The notes under the pieces are model-generated. The model ran no database searches, was not told where the DNA came from, and saw nothing but the letters and a program-made list of their open reading frames with translations. A program made the translations under genes and the position numbers. This document shows, in pieces, positions 45,664-55,517 of a stretch of DNA of 64,000 nt; position 1 is the stretch's first letter, and every line of letters begins with the position of its first letter. The DNA comes from Myxococcota bacterium (GTDB lineage: Bacteria > Myxococcota_A > UBA9160 > SZUA-336), in the NCBI GenBank assembly GCA_965247115.1, contig CBDFGR010000002.1, positions 928,001-992,000 of the forward strand, in the 5' to 3' direction.

Positions 45664-48147
45664 TTAATCCGTCAGGCGCTCGCTCAACGCTGCGAGAAGG
45701 CCTTCCACGTCGGTGCTCTCGTCCAGGAGCGGGAGCATGGGATCGCCGCGCTCGCGCAGCGACCTGGGGCCCGTCGCCATGTTCCAGCGCGTGGGGTCGA
45801 GGCGCGCGCTCACCTGCGACCAGCTGAGCGGCATGGACACCGGAGCGTGCACGCGCGGACGCACGGAGAATGGCGCCGCGATGAGCTTGCCCCGGCCGTT
45901 CTGCAGAAAATCCACGTATACCTTGTCTCCCCGCGCCGCCAGCGGCCGAGCGATCGTCGCAATGTCGGGCAGGTCGGTGCAGACAACCCGGGCGAGTACC
46001 TCGCCGAGCACCTTCGCATCGGAGTGGTGGAGCTGAGCGGCGAGCGGAACCATGACGTGCAGCCCGTCCTGGCCCGAGGTCTTCGCGAAGTGCGGCGTTT
46101 CGAGCCCCTCGAGCAGCCTGTGGATGTGTCGGGCCACCCGCACCACGTCCGAGAAAGGAGCCTGCTTGGGATCCAGGTCCAGGATCAGCCAGTCCGGCTT
46201 GTCGAGCTCGCCTCGCCGCGCGCTCCAGACGTGAAGCGGGATCGCACCCGAATTGATCACGTAGAGCAGCGTGCGTAGCTCGTTGCAGATGAAGTAATCG
46301 GTTCCCTCGATCTCATCGCGCTCAACCCAGTCCGGCGTGAACTCCGGTGCGTTCTTCTGATAGAAGCTCTTGCCCTCGATCCCGTCCGGATAGCGGGTCA
46401 GGACAACGGGCCGGTCCTTCAGATAGGGGGCGAGCCAGGGCCAGACCGCCTCGTAGTAGGCGAGCAGGTCGCCCTTCGTGTACCCCTCGAGCGGCCAGAA
46501 CACCTTGTCGAGCCGGGTGAGTTCGAGCTGGGGCCGCTGCGGCTCTGGCTCGGCGGCGACCTCAGCCGCGGCGCGCTCCGGCGGTGCCTCGCAGTCTTCA
46601 GGCTCCCAGTCGTCTCGGAGCTCGAGAAAGACGGGATGACGAAGCATTCCGGCGCTCGTCACCTCGGTGTAGCGCACCTCGCACACGAGCTGGGGGCGAG
46701 CGTAGACGGCGCCGCGCGGGCGAGGGTCCGGAAGCCCCGAGAAGGCGGGCTCCGGCAGCGTTTCCAGCGCAGCCAGCAGCTCCTCGATCGTCTGATCGTC
46801 GAGGCCCGAGCCGGCGTTTCCCGCGTAGATGAGCTCGCCATCTCTCTGCCAGGCGAGCATCAGCGACCCGAGCGCGCGACGCGCCCCCTTCCCTGGCAGG
46901 TAGCCCACGATCGCGAGGCTCGAACTGCGCGGCACCTTGATCTTGAGCCACTTCTTCGAACGCCGCCCGGTCTCGTAGCGCGAATCGGCGCGTTTGCCGA
47001 TGACGCCCTCCAGTCCGTGCTGGCGTGCCGCCTCGTAGAGCGCCTCGCCATCGCCCTCAACGTGATCCGCGAAGCGCACGAAGCCGAGCCGGGGCACGAA
47101 GCGCGCCAGGACGTTCTTGCGATCCACGAGCGCGGCACCCCGCAGGTCGCGGCCCACGGCGCCGAGCAGATCGAAGGCGTAGAACACGACCGGCGCCTCG
47201 ACCTGGAGCCGGCGAATCACCTGCGGGTCACGCTGGGTGAAGCGCCTCTGCAGGTGCTCGAAGGAGCTGCGACCAGTCTCGTCCAGCGAGACGACCTCCC
47301 CGTCAATCACGAACTCGTCCAGCGGCAGGTGGGCGATCGCGCGGGCCAGCTCCGGGTAGGTCCCGGTCGCGTCCCGGCCCGAGCGCGAGCAGAGCATGAC
47401 GCTGCCATCACGCTTACTGGCGAGCACCCGTGCTCCGTCGTATTTCAGCTCGAACAGCCAGCCCTGGCGCGAGAAGGGCTGGTTCTCGCTGTCCGCGAGC
47501 ATCGGGTGCAGCTTGCGCACGTCGAGCTCGCGCCGCGCTGCGCCGAGGCGCTCGAGCTCGCGCTCGACCGGCTCCGCGCGGCTGGCCCCTGCTGCCAGCT
47601 CCTCCACCGTCAGGCCCGAGAGCACCGAGGGCTCTGCTAGCTCCGGATCCTCCAGCGGCTCGCCCTTGCGGAGCAGGAGCCAGCTCTTGCCCTCGTCTCC
47701 CTTCGTGCGCACCAGGGCGAAGCGCCCCTGGAGCTTGTGTCCCGAAAGCCGGAGGTCGAGCTTGCCACTCTCGAGGCCCTCGCGCGGGGACACCCCGTCC
47801 ACCGTGCAGTAGGCGCCGCGGTCCCAGACGGTCATCGCACCGGCGCCGTAGTTCCCCTGCGGAATCACTCCCTCGAAATCGGCGTACTCCAGCGGGTGAT
47901 CCTCGGTCCGGACGGCAAGCCGCCGGTCCCTGGGGTCGAGGCTCGGCCCCTTGGGGACCGACCAGCTCGCAAGCACTCCATCAATCTCGAGCCGCAGGTC
48001 CCAGTGCATCCGTGTCGCCGCGTGCTGCTGGACCACGAAGCCCCGCTCCGCGCCCGCAGGCAGCGCGCGCTCCGGACCCTCCTCTCCAAACGGCTCTGGC
48101 GTCCGCTCCGGCTTGCGTTTCGCTCTATAGGTCTTCAGATCTGGCAC
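45664..48147 (-). CDS. ligD: NHEJ DNA ligase D (phosphoesterase-ligase-polymerase)
   Basis: PE domain (QQHAATRMHWDLRLE, TEDHP), ligase (ELKYDG, EGVIGK, WLKIK), primase-polymerase (DLDP, KTSG..GLHV, DFLQN); start trimmed to GTG 48147. Confidence 0.95.
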   Translation of the reverse strand: MPDLKTYRAKRKPERTPEPFGEEGPERALPAGAERGFVVQQHAATRMHWDLRLEIDGVLASWSVPKGPSLDPRDRRLAVRTEDHPLEYADFEGVIPQGNYGAGAMTVWDRGAYCTVDGVSPREGLESGKLDLRLSGHKLQGRFALVRTKGDEGKSWLLLRKGEPLEDPELAEPSVLSGLTVEELAAGASRAEPVERELERLGAARRELDVRKLHPMLADSENQPFSRQGWLFELKYDGARVLASKRDGSVMLCSRSGRDATGTYPELARAIAHLPLDEFVIDGEVVSLDETGRSSFEHLQRRFTQRDPQVIRRLQVEAPVVFYAFDLLGAVGRDLRGAALVDRKNVLARFVPRLGFVRFADHVEGDGEALYEAARQHGLEGVIGKRADSRYETGRRSKKWLKIKVPRSSSLAIVGYLPGKGARRALGSLMLAWQRDGELIYAGNAGSGLDDQTIEELLAALETLPEPAFSGLPDPRPRGAVYARPQLVCEVRYTEVTSAGMLRHPVFLELRDDWEPEDCEAPPERAAAEVAAEPEPQRPQLELTRLDKVFWPLEGYTKGDLLAYYEAVWPWLAPYLKDRPVVLTRYPDGIEGKSFYQKNAPEFTPDWVERDEIEGTDYFICNELRTLLYVINSGAIPLHVWSARRGELDKPDWLILDLDPKQAPFSDVVRVARHIHRLLEGLETPHFAKTSGQDGLHVMVPLAAQLHHSDAKVLGEVLARVVCTDLPDIATIARPLAARGDKVYVDFLQNGRGKLIAAPFSVRPRVHAPVSMPLSWSQVSARLDPTRWNMATGPRSLRERGDPMLPLLDESTDVEGLLAALSERLTD

Positions 48148-48199
48148 GGGGAACCTGGGCGATGTTAGAATTTTCGCTGTTCTTGCGTGGAGGAAGAGT

Positions 48200-49060
48200 A
48201 TGCCAGCACGCGCGATCTCGTCCGGGACAATCAGTTTTGGCCTCGTCTCGATCCCGATCAAGGTCTACTCGGCGAGCCAGTCGAAGAGTGTCCGCTTCAG
48301 CATGCTCCACGAGCCCGACAAAGCGCGGCTGAAGCAGCAGTACATCTGCAACGCCTGTAACGAGAAGGTCGACCGCAGCGACACGGTTCGGGGCTACGAG
48401 TACGCCCGCGGGCAATACGTCGTGATGACAGACGACGAGCTCACAGGGCTGCAGCAGCAGAGCGACCAGGCCATCGAGATCGAGGAGTTCATCCCGATCG
48501 AGAAGGTCGACCCGGTCTACTTCGAGAAGACGAACCTCCTGGGCCCGGACAAGGGCGGCAACAAAGCGTACCGGCTGCTGAGCGTGGCGATGCGGGAGTC
48601 TGGCAAGGTGGCCCTTGGTCGCTTCAGCACCCGGGGCAAGCTGCAGCTCGTCTTGCTCCGGCCGACCCAGCGCGGCCTGGCCATGCACGGTCTCTTCTAC
48701 GCGGACGAGGTGCGCAGCTTCGACGATATCGAACTCGGCGACGACGTGGAGCTCAAGGAGCACGAGATCCAGCTGGCGAACCAGCTGGTGGAGCAGCTGT
48801 CCAAAGAGACCTTCGATCCGGAGAAGTACGAGGACGACTACCGGCGCTCCGTGCTCGAGGCAGTCGAGCGCAAGGTCGCGGGTGAGGAGATCGTCATCAT
48901 GCCGAAAGAGGAGTCGCGCGAGCAGATCATCGACCTGGTCGCCGCACTCAAGAAGAGCATTGCAGACAAGAAGGCGGATGGTGCCACGCCCGCCGCGCGC
49001 AAGGGCGCGAGGGCAAAGGGCAGGAGCACGGCGTCCGCAAAAAAATCGGCCGTTAACTAG
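48200..49060 (+). CDS. ku: NHEJ Ku protein
   Basis: GTISFGLVSIPIK, VRGYEY, IIDLVAALKKS, basic tail; divergent from ligD. Confidence 0.96.
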   Translation: MPARAISSGTISFGLVSIPIKVYSASQSKSVRFSMLHEPDKARLKQQYICNACNEKVDRSDTVRGYEYARGQYVVMTDDELTGLQQQSDQAIEIEEFIPIEKVDPVYFEKTNLLGPDKGGNKAYRLLSVAMRESGKVALGRFSTRGKLQLVLLRPTQRGLAMHGLFYADEVRSFDDIELGDDVELKEHEIQLANQLVEQLSKETFDPEKYEDDYRRSVLEAVERKVAGEEIVIMPKEESREQIIDLVAALKKSIADKKADGATPAARKGARAKGRSTASAKKSAVN

Positions 49061-49090
49061 GCCGCTGCGCGCCTGGGGGGTACGCGCGCC

Positions 49091-49915
49091 ATGAGTCGGC
49101 ATCTTTCCACCGCGGAGGTATCCAGGATCCTCGGGATCCGGGAGGCGCGTGTGCGCGAGCTGGCCCGGGCGGGGCTGTGTCGCCCCACGCGCAGCGGTCG
49201 CTCCTACGCCTTCTCCTTCCAGGACCTGGTCGTGCTGCGCGCCGCCGAGGGCCTGTTCCGGCGCAAGGTGCCTGCGGCCCGCGTGCAGCGCGCGCTCTCC
49301 GCGCTGATCCGCGAGCTGCCGGAGGATCGTCCCATCTCGGGCTTGCGCATCTACGCGGACGGCCGGAACGTGGCCGTTAGCGACGGCGCTGCTGCCTGGC
49401 TGCCAGAGAGCGGACAGACCGTGCTCAACTTCGACGTCGACGAGCTTGCCGATCGGGTCGAGGAGCTCGGCTCCGCCGGCCCGGAGGAGCCGCGCCCGGT
49501 CGATGCCGCGGCCCGCGCCCAGCAGCAGTTCCAGCGAGCCCTGGACACGCAGGACGCGGATCCCGAAGCCGCCGCTGCAGCCTATCAACGCGCACTCGAG
49601 CTGGATCCCGGCCTGATCGAGGCATACGTGAATCTCGGACGGCTTGCCCACCAGGCCGGAGATGCGCAGGAGGCGGCACGTGTCTACAAGCTCGCGCTCG
49701 AGCGGAGCCCCGACGACGCGATCCTCCACTTCAATCTTGCCCTAGCGCTCGAGGACAGCCACGGGGCAGGTCCAGCAGCGCACCACTACGAGTGCGCGCT
49801 CCGTCTCGACCCCGACTTCGCCGACGCCCACTACAACCTCGCCGGGCTGTGCGAGCAACTCGGCCGCAAAGCCGACGCGCTCCGCCACTACCACGCCTAC
49901 AAAAAACTGACCTAG
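49091..49915 (+). CDS. MerR-type HTH plus TPR repeat protein
   Basis: N-terminal 'STAEVSRILGI...VRELARAGL..P.R...Y.FSFQDLVVLR'; C-terminal TPRs (AYVNLGRL, LHFNLALA, AHYNLAGL). Confidence 0.85.
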   Translation: MSRHLSTAEVSRILGIREARVRELARAGLCRPTRSGRSYAFSFQDLVVLRAAEGLFRRKVPAARVQRALSALIRELPEDRPISGLRIYADGRNVAVSDGAAAWLPESGQTVLNFDVDELADRVEELGSAGPEEPRPVDAAARAQQQFQRALDTQDADPEAAAAAYQRALELDPGLIEAYVNLGRLAHQAGDAQEAARVYKLALERSPDDAILHFNLALALEDSHGAGPAAHHYECALRLDPDFADAHYNLAGLCEQLGRKADALRHYHAYKKLT

Positions 49916-49917
49916 CC

Positions 49918-50117
49918 TTGTGGGACCCGGCGCCTGCCTTGTGGGACCCGGCGCGCGGGCGTCCGCGCGCTTCCCACCTTCGTTCGCCTTCGGCTCACTG
50001 CGCGCGGCGCTACCGCCTGCCTTGTGGGACCCTACGCGCGGGCGTCCGCGCGCTTCCCACCTTCGTTCGCCTTCGGCTCACTGCGCGCGCCGCTACCGCG
50101 GCGCTTGCGGGGTGCCT
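49918..50117 (+). repeat. REP-like element family B: 83-bp unit x2 plus partial unit
   Basis: Units 49931-50013 and 50014-50096 nearly identical, each with a GTGGGA...TCCCAC hairpin; homologous to 28103-28218. Confidence 0.9.
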
Positions 50118-50160
50118 CGACGTCGGCTTGGTGTCGCTTGCGGAGTTCCCCGAGAAGCAA

Positions 50161-50277
50161 GTAGTCGGAGGTCGGGAAACGTCCCCCGGAGGACTGTGGT
50201 AGCGGTATTCGAGGCAAGCAAATCCGCTGAGCATGCGAGGAGCGGAGTCCTCCGGGGGACGTTTCCCGACCTCCGAC
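50161..50277. repeat. REPIN-like perfect 32-bp inverted repeat, family C
   Basis: 50164-50195 is the exact reverse complement of 50246-50277, 50-bp spacer; GTAG at 50161-50164. Confidence 0.92.
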
Positions 50278-50298
50278 GGGGTTGGTCTCGACGTGGTT

Positions 50299-50379
50299 AG
50301 CTTGGGGACAACTCAGTGACCAGAAGTTCCGACTTCGGCCAAACAAGTTCGGATTGAGGACCGTCCCCAAGTTCGGATT
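50299..50379. repeat. Degenerate copy of repeat family A
   Basis: AGGACCGTCCCCAAGTT (50357-50373) is identical to 44728-44744; partial left arm CTTGGGGAC at 50301. Confidence 0.75.
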
Positions 50380-50384
50380 CCCGG

Positions 50385-51260
50385 CTAGGAGGGGGCGACT
50401 TCTTCGAGCGGGATTGGGTCGGTGGCTGTTGCGCCTTCGCGGCGGCGGAGGCAGTGGACCTGTTGGTAGCCGGCGGCGGAGATGGCTTTCAGGCAGGCGT
50501 CAAGACCGATACCGACCTCCGCGGGGCCGTGGCTGTCGTCGCCTAGGGTGACGCCGATCTCCATCTGTCGGGCTCGCTCGAGGATTGCGGCCAGCGGGTA
50601 CGGGGGGCCGAGGCCCCTGCGAGGGGGGGCCGCGTTCACGTCGAGCAGCGCGCCGGACTCGCGCACGGCTTCGAGCGCTCGCTCGATCTCGAGCCACGTG
50701 CTCTCGTCGAAGCTCGGGTTCTCTCCAGCAAACTTCCGAATCAGGTCGAAGTGACCGACGACGGTCGGACGGAACTCGCTCACCATCTCAGCCAGCTGCT
50801 GGAAGTAGGCTCGGTGCAGGGCGGACATTCCTCCGAGGTGCGCCGCGGCCTGCCGGTTCCGCTCCTCGGTCATGTCTATCGGCATGTCCCCCACGTGGTG
50901 GACGCTGCCGATCGTGTAGTCGAAGTGTGCCGAGCGCAGCTCGTTCATCCAGTCGAGCCAACCCTCTGGCGGCACCATCTCGGTCTCAAAGCCGACGAGC
51001 ACCTCGAGTCGTCCCTCGAGCTCTCCTTGCAGGGCTCGAGCGCGGTCGACATAGGCGGAGAAGATCCGCGCCAGATCCGCTGGAGTCAGGTCCTCCTCGC
51101 CAGGATAGAGATCTTCCGCGCGGAGACGCGGCGCGTGCTCGGACACTCCGTAGACGCTGAAGCCTCGTTCGCAGGCGCTCTCGAGCACCTCGGCCAGGGA
51201 GCCGTTCGCATGTCGGCAGAACTCGCCGCTGTGTCCGCCGTGAAAGCTAAACCAGGCCAC
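50385..51260 (-). CDS. PHP-family histidinol-phosphatase (HisJ/HisK-like)
   Basis: HGGHSGEFCRHA, SEHAP, GFETE, IGSVH, GHFDL, GDDSHG. Confidence 0.85.
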   Translation of the reverse strand: MAWFSFHGGHSGEFCRHANGSLAEVLESACERGFSVYGVSEHAPRLRAEDLYPGEEDLTPADLARIFSAYVDRARALQGELEGRLEVLVGFETEMVPPEGWLDWMNELRSAHFDYTIGSVHHVGDMPIDMTEERNRQAAAHLGGMSALHRAYFQQLAEMVSEFRPTVVGHFDLIRKFAGENPSFDESTWLEIERALEAVRESGALLDVNAAPPRRGLGPPYPLAAILERARQMEIGVTLGDDSHGPAEVGIGLDACLKAISAAGYQQVHCLRRREGATATDPIPLEEVAPS

Positions 51261-51284
51261 GCTCGCGATGATACACTCGCCGAC
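51261..51284. promoter_or_regulatory. Putative bidirectional leaderless promoter
   Basis: TACACT-7nt-ATG on plus and TATCAT-7nt-GTG on minus, -10 boxes overlapping by 2 bp; no RBS on either side. Confidence 0.55.
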
Positions 51285-51803
51285 ATGGAAGAACTCTGGG
51301 ATCGCATCCTACGCGCCAGCAAGCTCGAGCCCGATGTCTACGAGGAAGTCGAGGCCGACCAGGCGGCAACGCCTCAGGCCGCGTTGGTGGTCGTGCTGTC
51401 GGCGGTCGCTGCCGGAATCGGGAACGTGGTCAGCGCAGGTGTCTTCGGCGTGATCGTTTTCGCCATCGCAGCCCTCATTGGCTGGTACGTCTGGGCATAC
51501 CTGACCTACTTCATCGGCACGCGTCTGCTTCCCGAGGTGCAGACCCAGGCGGATTACGGTCAGCTCCTGCGCACGATCGGCTTTGCGAGCGCTCCCGGAA
51601 TGATCCGCGTCTTCGGGATCATCCCAGGGATTGGCGGGCTCTTCTTTCCCCTTGCAGGGATCTGGATGCTGATCGCGACGGTGATTGCGGTGCGACAGGC
51701 GCTCGACTACACGAGCACCCTGCGCGCCGTCGGGGTCTGCCTGCTTGGCTGGATCGTCTACGCGGTAATCGCGTTCATCCCCGCCCTCCTCTTCCGCCTG
51801 TAG
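51285..51803 (+). CDS. YIP1-family membrane protein
   Basis: [31 protein letters not shown]; about 5 TM. Confidence 0.85.
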   Translation: MEELWDRILRASKLEPDVYEEVEADQAATPQAALVVVLSAVAAGIGNVVSAGVFGVIVFAIAALIGWYVWAYLTYFIGTRLLPEVQTQADYGQLLRTIGFASAPGMIRVFGIIPGIGGLFFPLAGIWMLIATVIAVRQALDYTSTLRAVGVCLLGWIVYAVIAFIPALLFRL

Positions 51804-51871
51804 CCTCTGCTCCCGATCGACGTCGGCGGCAACGACTGGGCCTCCGTCTGATTGGCTATAATCCGCCCGCC

Positions 51872-52783
51872 ATGGCTGACGTCCCACGCCTTACCCATCT
51901 GAAGCAACTCGAAGCGGAGAGCATCCACATCATTCGGGAAGTGGCAGCAGAGTTCGAGCACCCGGTCATGCTCTACTCGATCGGCAAGGACTCGAGCGTC
52001 ATGCTCCACCTCGCCCGCAAGGCCTTCTATCCGGCGCGGCTTCCGTTCCCGCTCTTGCACATCGACACGACCTGGAAGTTCTCGGCGATGATCGAGTTTC
52101 GCGACCGGGTCGCGAAGGAGTACGCGCTCGAGCTGATCGTCCACACAAACGAGGCGGGTCTGCGAGAAGGCGTCAATCCCTTCGACTCCGGCAGCAAGAA
52201 GTACACCGACGTCATGAAGACCGTGGCGCTGAAGCAGGCGCTGGAGGCCGGCGGCTTCGACGCGGCCTTCGGAGGCGCACGCCGCGACGAGGAGATGTCG
52301 CGTGCGAAGGAGCGCGTCTTCTCGTTCCGCGACCGTTTTCATCGCTGGGACCCGAAGAACCAGCGGCCCGAGCTCTGGAACCTGTACAACGGCAAGCTAG
52401 ACGTGGGCGAGAGCATCCGCGTCTTCCCGCTCTCGAACTGGACCGAGCTCGACGTGTGGCAGTACGTCTACCTGGAGGAGATCGCCATCGTTCCGCTCTA
52501 CTTCGCAGCGGAGCGCCCGGTCGTCGAGCGTGATGGAGCGTTGATCATGGTCGACGACGAGCGCTTCCGCTTCGAGCCCGGCGAGCGTGCCGAGCATCGC
52601 AGCGTGCGCTTTCGAACGCTGGGCTGCTACCCGCTCTCGGGAGCGGTCGAGTCCACGGCGAGCACCCTGCCACAGATCATCCAGGAGATGCTCCTCGCGA
52701 AGCGTTCGGAACGCGAGGGGCGGGTGATCGACTACGACCAGCAGGGCTCGATGGAGCTCAAGAAGCGCGAAGGCTACTTCTAG
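51872..52783 (+). CDS. cysD: Sulfate adenylyltransferase subunit 2
   Basis: [38 protein letters not shown]. Confidence 0.97.
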   Translation: MADVPRLTHLKQLEAESIHIIREVAAEFEHPVMLYSIGKDSSVMLHLARKAFYPARLPFPLLHIDTTWKFSAMIEFRDRVAKEYALELIVHTNEAGLREGVNPFDSGSKKYTDVMKTVALKQALEAGGFDAAFGGARRDEEMSRAKERVFSFRDRFHRWDPKNQRPELWNLYNGKLDVGESIRVFPLSNWTELDVWQYVYLEEIAIVPLYFAAERPVVERDGALIMVDDERFRFEPGERAEHRSVRFRTLGCYPLSGAVESTASTLPQIIQEMLLAKRSEREGRVIDYDQQGSMELKKREGYF

Positions 52784-52785
52784 CG

Positions 52786-54690
52786 ATGAGTCATCAGTCG
52801 GACCTCATCGCGACCGACATCGACGCGTACCTGGTGCAGCACGAGCGAAAGGACTTACTGCGCCTCCTGACGTGTGGAAGCGTCGATGACGGCAAGAGCA
52901 CGCTGATCGGCCGCTTGCTCCACGATTCCAAGCTTCTGTACGAAGATCAGCTCGCCGCCGCGACCAGCGATAGCAAGACGATGGGCACGACGGGGGACGA
53001 GGTCGACCTGGCACTGTTGCTGGACGGGCTGCGCGCCGAGCGCGAGCAAGGCATCACCATCGATGTCGCCTATCGCTACTTTTCGACTGCCGACCGTAAA
53101 TTCATCATCGCCGATACGCCGGGACACGAACAATACACGCGCAACATGGCGACGGGCGCCTCGACCTGTGACCTCGCGATCATCCTGATCGATGCGCGGC
53201 ACGGCATCCGCGTCCAGACCAAGCGCCACAGCTACATCGCGGCCCTGCTCGGCATCAAGCACGTGGTGGTCGCGGTCAACAAGATGGACCTTGTGGACTT
53301 CTCTCGGGAAGTCTTCGAGGACATTCGCGAGGCGTACCGGGCCTTCGCGGAGCAGCTCGGAATTCGGGATCAGGCCTGCATCCCTCTCTCGGCGCTGCGC
53401 GGTGACAACGTCGTCGACAGGAGCGCCGCCACGCCGTGGTACACGGGGCCGGCCTTGATGGAGCACCTGGAGAACGTGGAGATCCACGCCGATCGCAACC
53501 TAGCCGACTTCCGGTTGCCGGTGCAGCTCGTGTTGCGTCCAGACGCGACGTTCCGCGGCTACGCGGGGACAATTGCCTCGGGGATCGTTCAGAAGGGCGA
53601 CGAAGTCGCCGTGCTCCCCTCGGGGAGGCGTAGCCGCGTGAGCTCGATCGTGAGCCCCGATGGCGACCTCGACCGCGCCGTCGCGCCCATGTCGATCGCC
53701 CTCGTCCTGGATGACGAGATCGACGTGAGCCGGGGAGACATGATCGTTCACCCTCAGAACACGCCGCGCACCGACCACGACGTGGAGGCCATGCTGGTCT
53801 GGATGGCCGAAGAGCCGATGGTCCCCGGCAAGCCCTACCTCTTCAAGCAGACGACGCGCACGACTCGAGGCTGCGTATCGAGCCTGCGTCACAGAGTCGA
53901 CGTGAACACGCTAGAGCGCGAGTCCGCTCCAACCCTGGAGCTAAACGAGATCGGACGCTGTGGACTGAGCTTCGAGCAGCCACTGATCTACGACCCCTAC
54001 TCCATGAACCGGGGCACCGGCGCGCTGGTCGTGATAGACCCGCTCACGAACGGCACGGTCGGCGCGGGCGTGATCCTGGGCCTGGACTCTGCCAAGACCG
54101 ATCAGCTGCGGGGCCGTTTGAGCTCTGTCACGGCCGAGGAGCGGAACGCACGCTACGCGCAGAATCCTGTGACGATCCTGCTCACGGGCCTCGCGGGTTC
54201 GGGGAAGTCGACACTCGCCTACGCGCTGGAGCGCAGGCTCTTCGACGCGGGACGGGCGACCAGCGTGCTCGACGGACAGAACATGCGCCTCGGAATCAGC
54301 AAGGACCTCGGCTTCAGCTTCGCAGACCGCTCAGAGAACCTGCGCCGCTCTGCCGAAGTGGCGCGGGTGATCTCCGATGCGGGACTGATCTGCATCTGCG
54401 CCTTCCTGGCCCCGAGCCGTCTCGCACGCGACAACGCTCGCGACGTGCTCGGGGCGGAGCGCTTCCTCGAGATCCACCTGGACGCGCCCATCGACGTCTG
54501 CCGTGCGCGAGACCGAGAAGGCATGTATCCGCTGGCGGACCGCGGCGAGATCGCGAACTTCCCCGGCGTCTCGGCCCCGTACGAGGCCCCGGAGGCGCCG
54601 GACCTGCGCCTGGCAACCGACCAGCTCGACGTGGAGACCTGTGTCGAGCGGATTCTCGAGCTGCTGCGCGCGCGCGGCTTCGTCCGCTGA
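52786..54690 (+). CDS. cysNC: Bifunctional sulfate adenylyltransferase subunit 1 / APS kinase
   Basis: [34 protein letters not shown]-terminal [13 protein letters not shown] kinase domain. Confidence 0.95.
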   Translation: MSHQSDLIATDIDAYLVQHERKDLLRLLTCGSVDDGKSTLIGRLLHDSKLLYEDQLAAATSDSKTMGTTGDEVDLALLLDGLRAEREQGITIDVAYRYFSTADRKFIIADTPGHEQYTRNMATGASTCDLAIILIDARHGIRVQTKRHSYIAALLGIKHVVVAVNKMDLVDFSREVFEDIREAYRAFAEQLGIRDQACIPLSALRGDNVVDRSAATPWYTGPALMEHLENVEIHADRNLADFRLPVQLVLRPDATFRGYAGTIASGIVQKGDEVAVLPSGRRSRVSSIVSPDGDLDRAVAPMSIALVLDDEIDVSRGDMIVHPQNTPRTDHDVEAMLVWMAEEPMVPGKPYLFKQTTRTTRGCVSSLRHRVDVNTLERESAPTLELNEIGRCGLSFEQPLIYDPYSMNRGTGALVVIDPLTNGTVGAGVILGLDSAKTDQLRGRLSSVTAEERNARYAQNPVTILLTGLAGSGKSTLAYALERRLFDAGRATSVLDGQNMRLGISKDLGFSFADRSENLRRSAEVARVISDAGLICICAFLAPSRLARDNARDVLGAERFLEIHLDAPIDVCRARDREGMYPLADRGEIANFPGVSAPYEAPEAPDLRLATDQLDVETCVERILELLRARGFVR

Positions 54691-54697
54691 GACAACC

Positions 54698-55423
54698 ATG
54701 GAGCTCCCCTTCGATAAGGGAACACGTCACAGGATCTACTTGCTCCGGCATGCGGAGGCGGCCTATGGAAGCCTCGGCCCTTCTGACGACCCGCGCCGCG
54801 TTCCGCTGACGCCCCTCGGGCGTGAGGAGGCGGCCGCCATGGCCAAGCTCCTGGCGGATACAGACTTCGACCGGGCTGTGTGCTCGGGGCTGCCCCGCAC
54901 CCGCGAGACGGCCGAGATCGTGCTCGGCAACCGTGAGCTCCCGCTCGAATCGGTGCCCGAGCTCGAGGAGGTCCGCCACCGGCCGCGCTCACGAGCGGTG
55001 GCCGGACCAGATCTCCAGCAAGCGCTGGCGTACGCACTGTGGAGCGCAAAAGAGCCCGATGGCGCGTTTCTCGGCGGTGAGCGCTTCTCCGATCTCTGGG
55101 AGCGCGTGATCTCGGCGCTGGAGGCGCTGCTCTCTCGCCCGAGCTGGTCGCGACTCCTCCTTGTCTGCCATGGTGCGGTGAACCGCGTGATCCTGAGCTG
55201 GGCCCTGGCCGCGGACAGACAATCCATGCCGAACATGGAGCAGGACTCGTGCTGTCTCAACGTGATCGACGTGGACATCGACGCTGCTACCAGCGGGGTC
55301 CTCCGTACCCTGGTCCGCGCTCTTAACCTGACCACGTACGACCTGCCAAAGACCGACCGGGTGCTAACGACGCTGGAGCTCCAGGCCCTCCGCCTCCAGC
55401 CGGGAGACCGCTCGGGCGAGTAA
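54698..55423 (+). CDS. Histidine phosphatase (phosphoglycerate mutase) family protein
   Basis: LLRHAE, LTPLGREEA, SGLPRTRETA, GE.F, VCHG; start trimmed to ATG 54698. Confidence 0.88.
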   Translation: MELPFDKGTRHRIYLLRHAEAAYGSLGPSDDPRRVPLTPLGREEAAAMAKLLADTDFDRAVCSGLPRTRETAEIVLGNRELPLESVPELEEVRHRPRSRAVAGPDLQQALAYALWSAKEPDGAFLGGERFSDLWERVISALEALLSRPSWSRLLLVCHGAVNRVILSWALAADRQSMPNMEQDSCCLNVIDVDIDAATSGVLRTLVRALNLTTYDLPKTDRVLTTLELQALRLQPGDRSGE

Positions 55424-55517
55424 CCTGGCCCCGCGCCCTACTTCATGCCGGGGAGCACTCCGGCCTACCCCTCATGCCCGTTTCACGACGCCAGCGCGGT
55501 TCGGTACCCTTTCAGTC

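Noticed and set aside
49918..50117. Possible CRISPR array (TGTGGGACCC repeated three times)
   Set aside because: The intervening sequences are themselves duplicated rather than unique spacers; better explained as tandem REP-like units.
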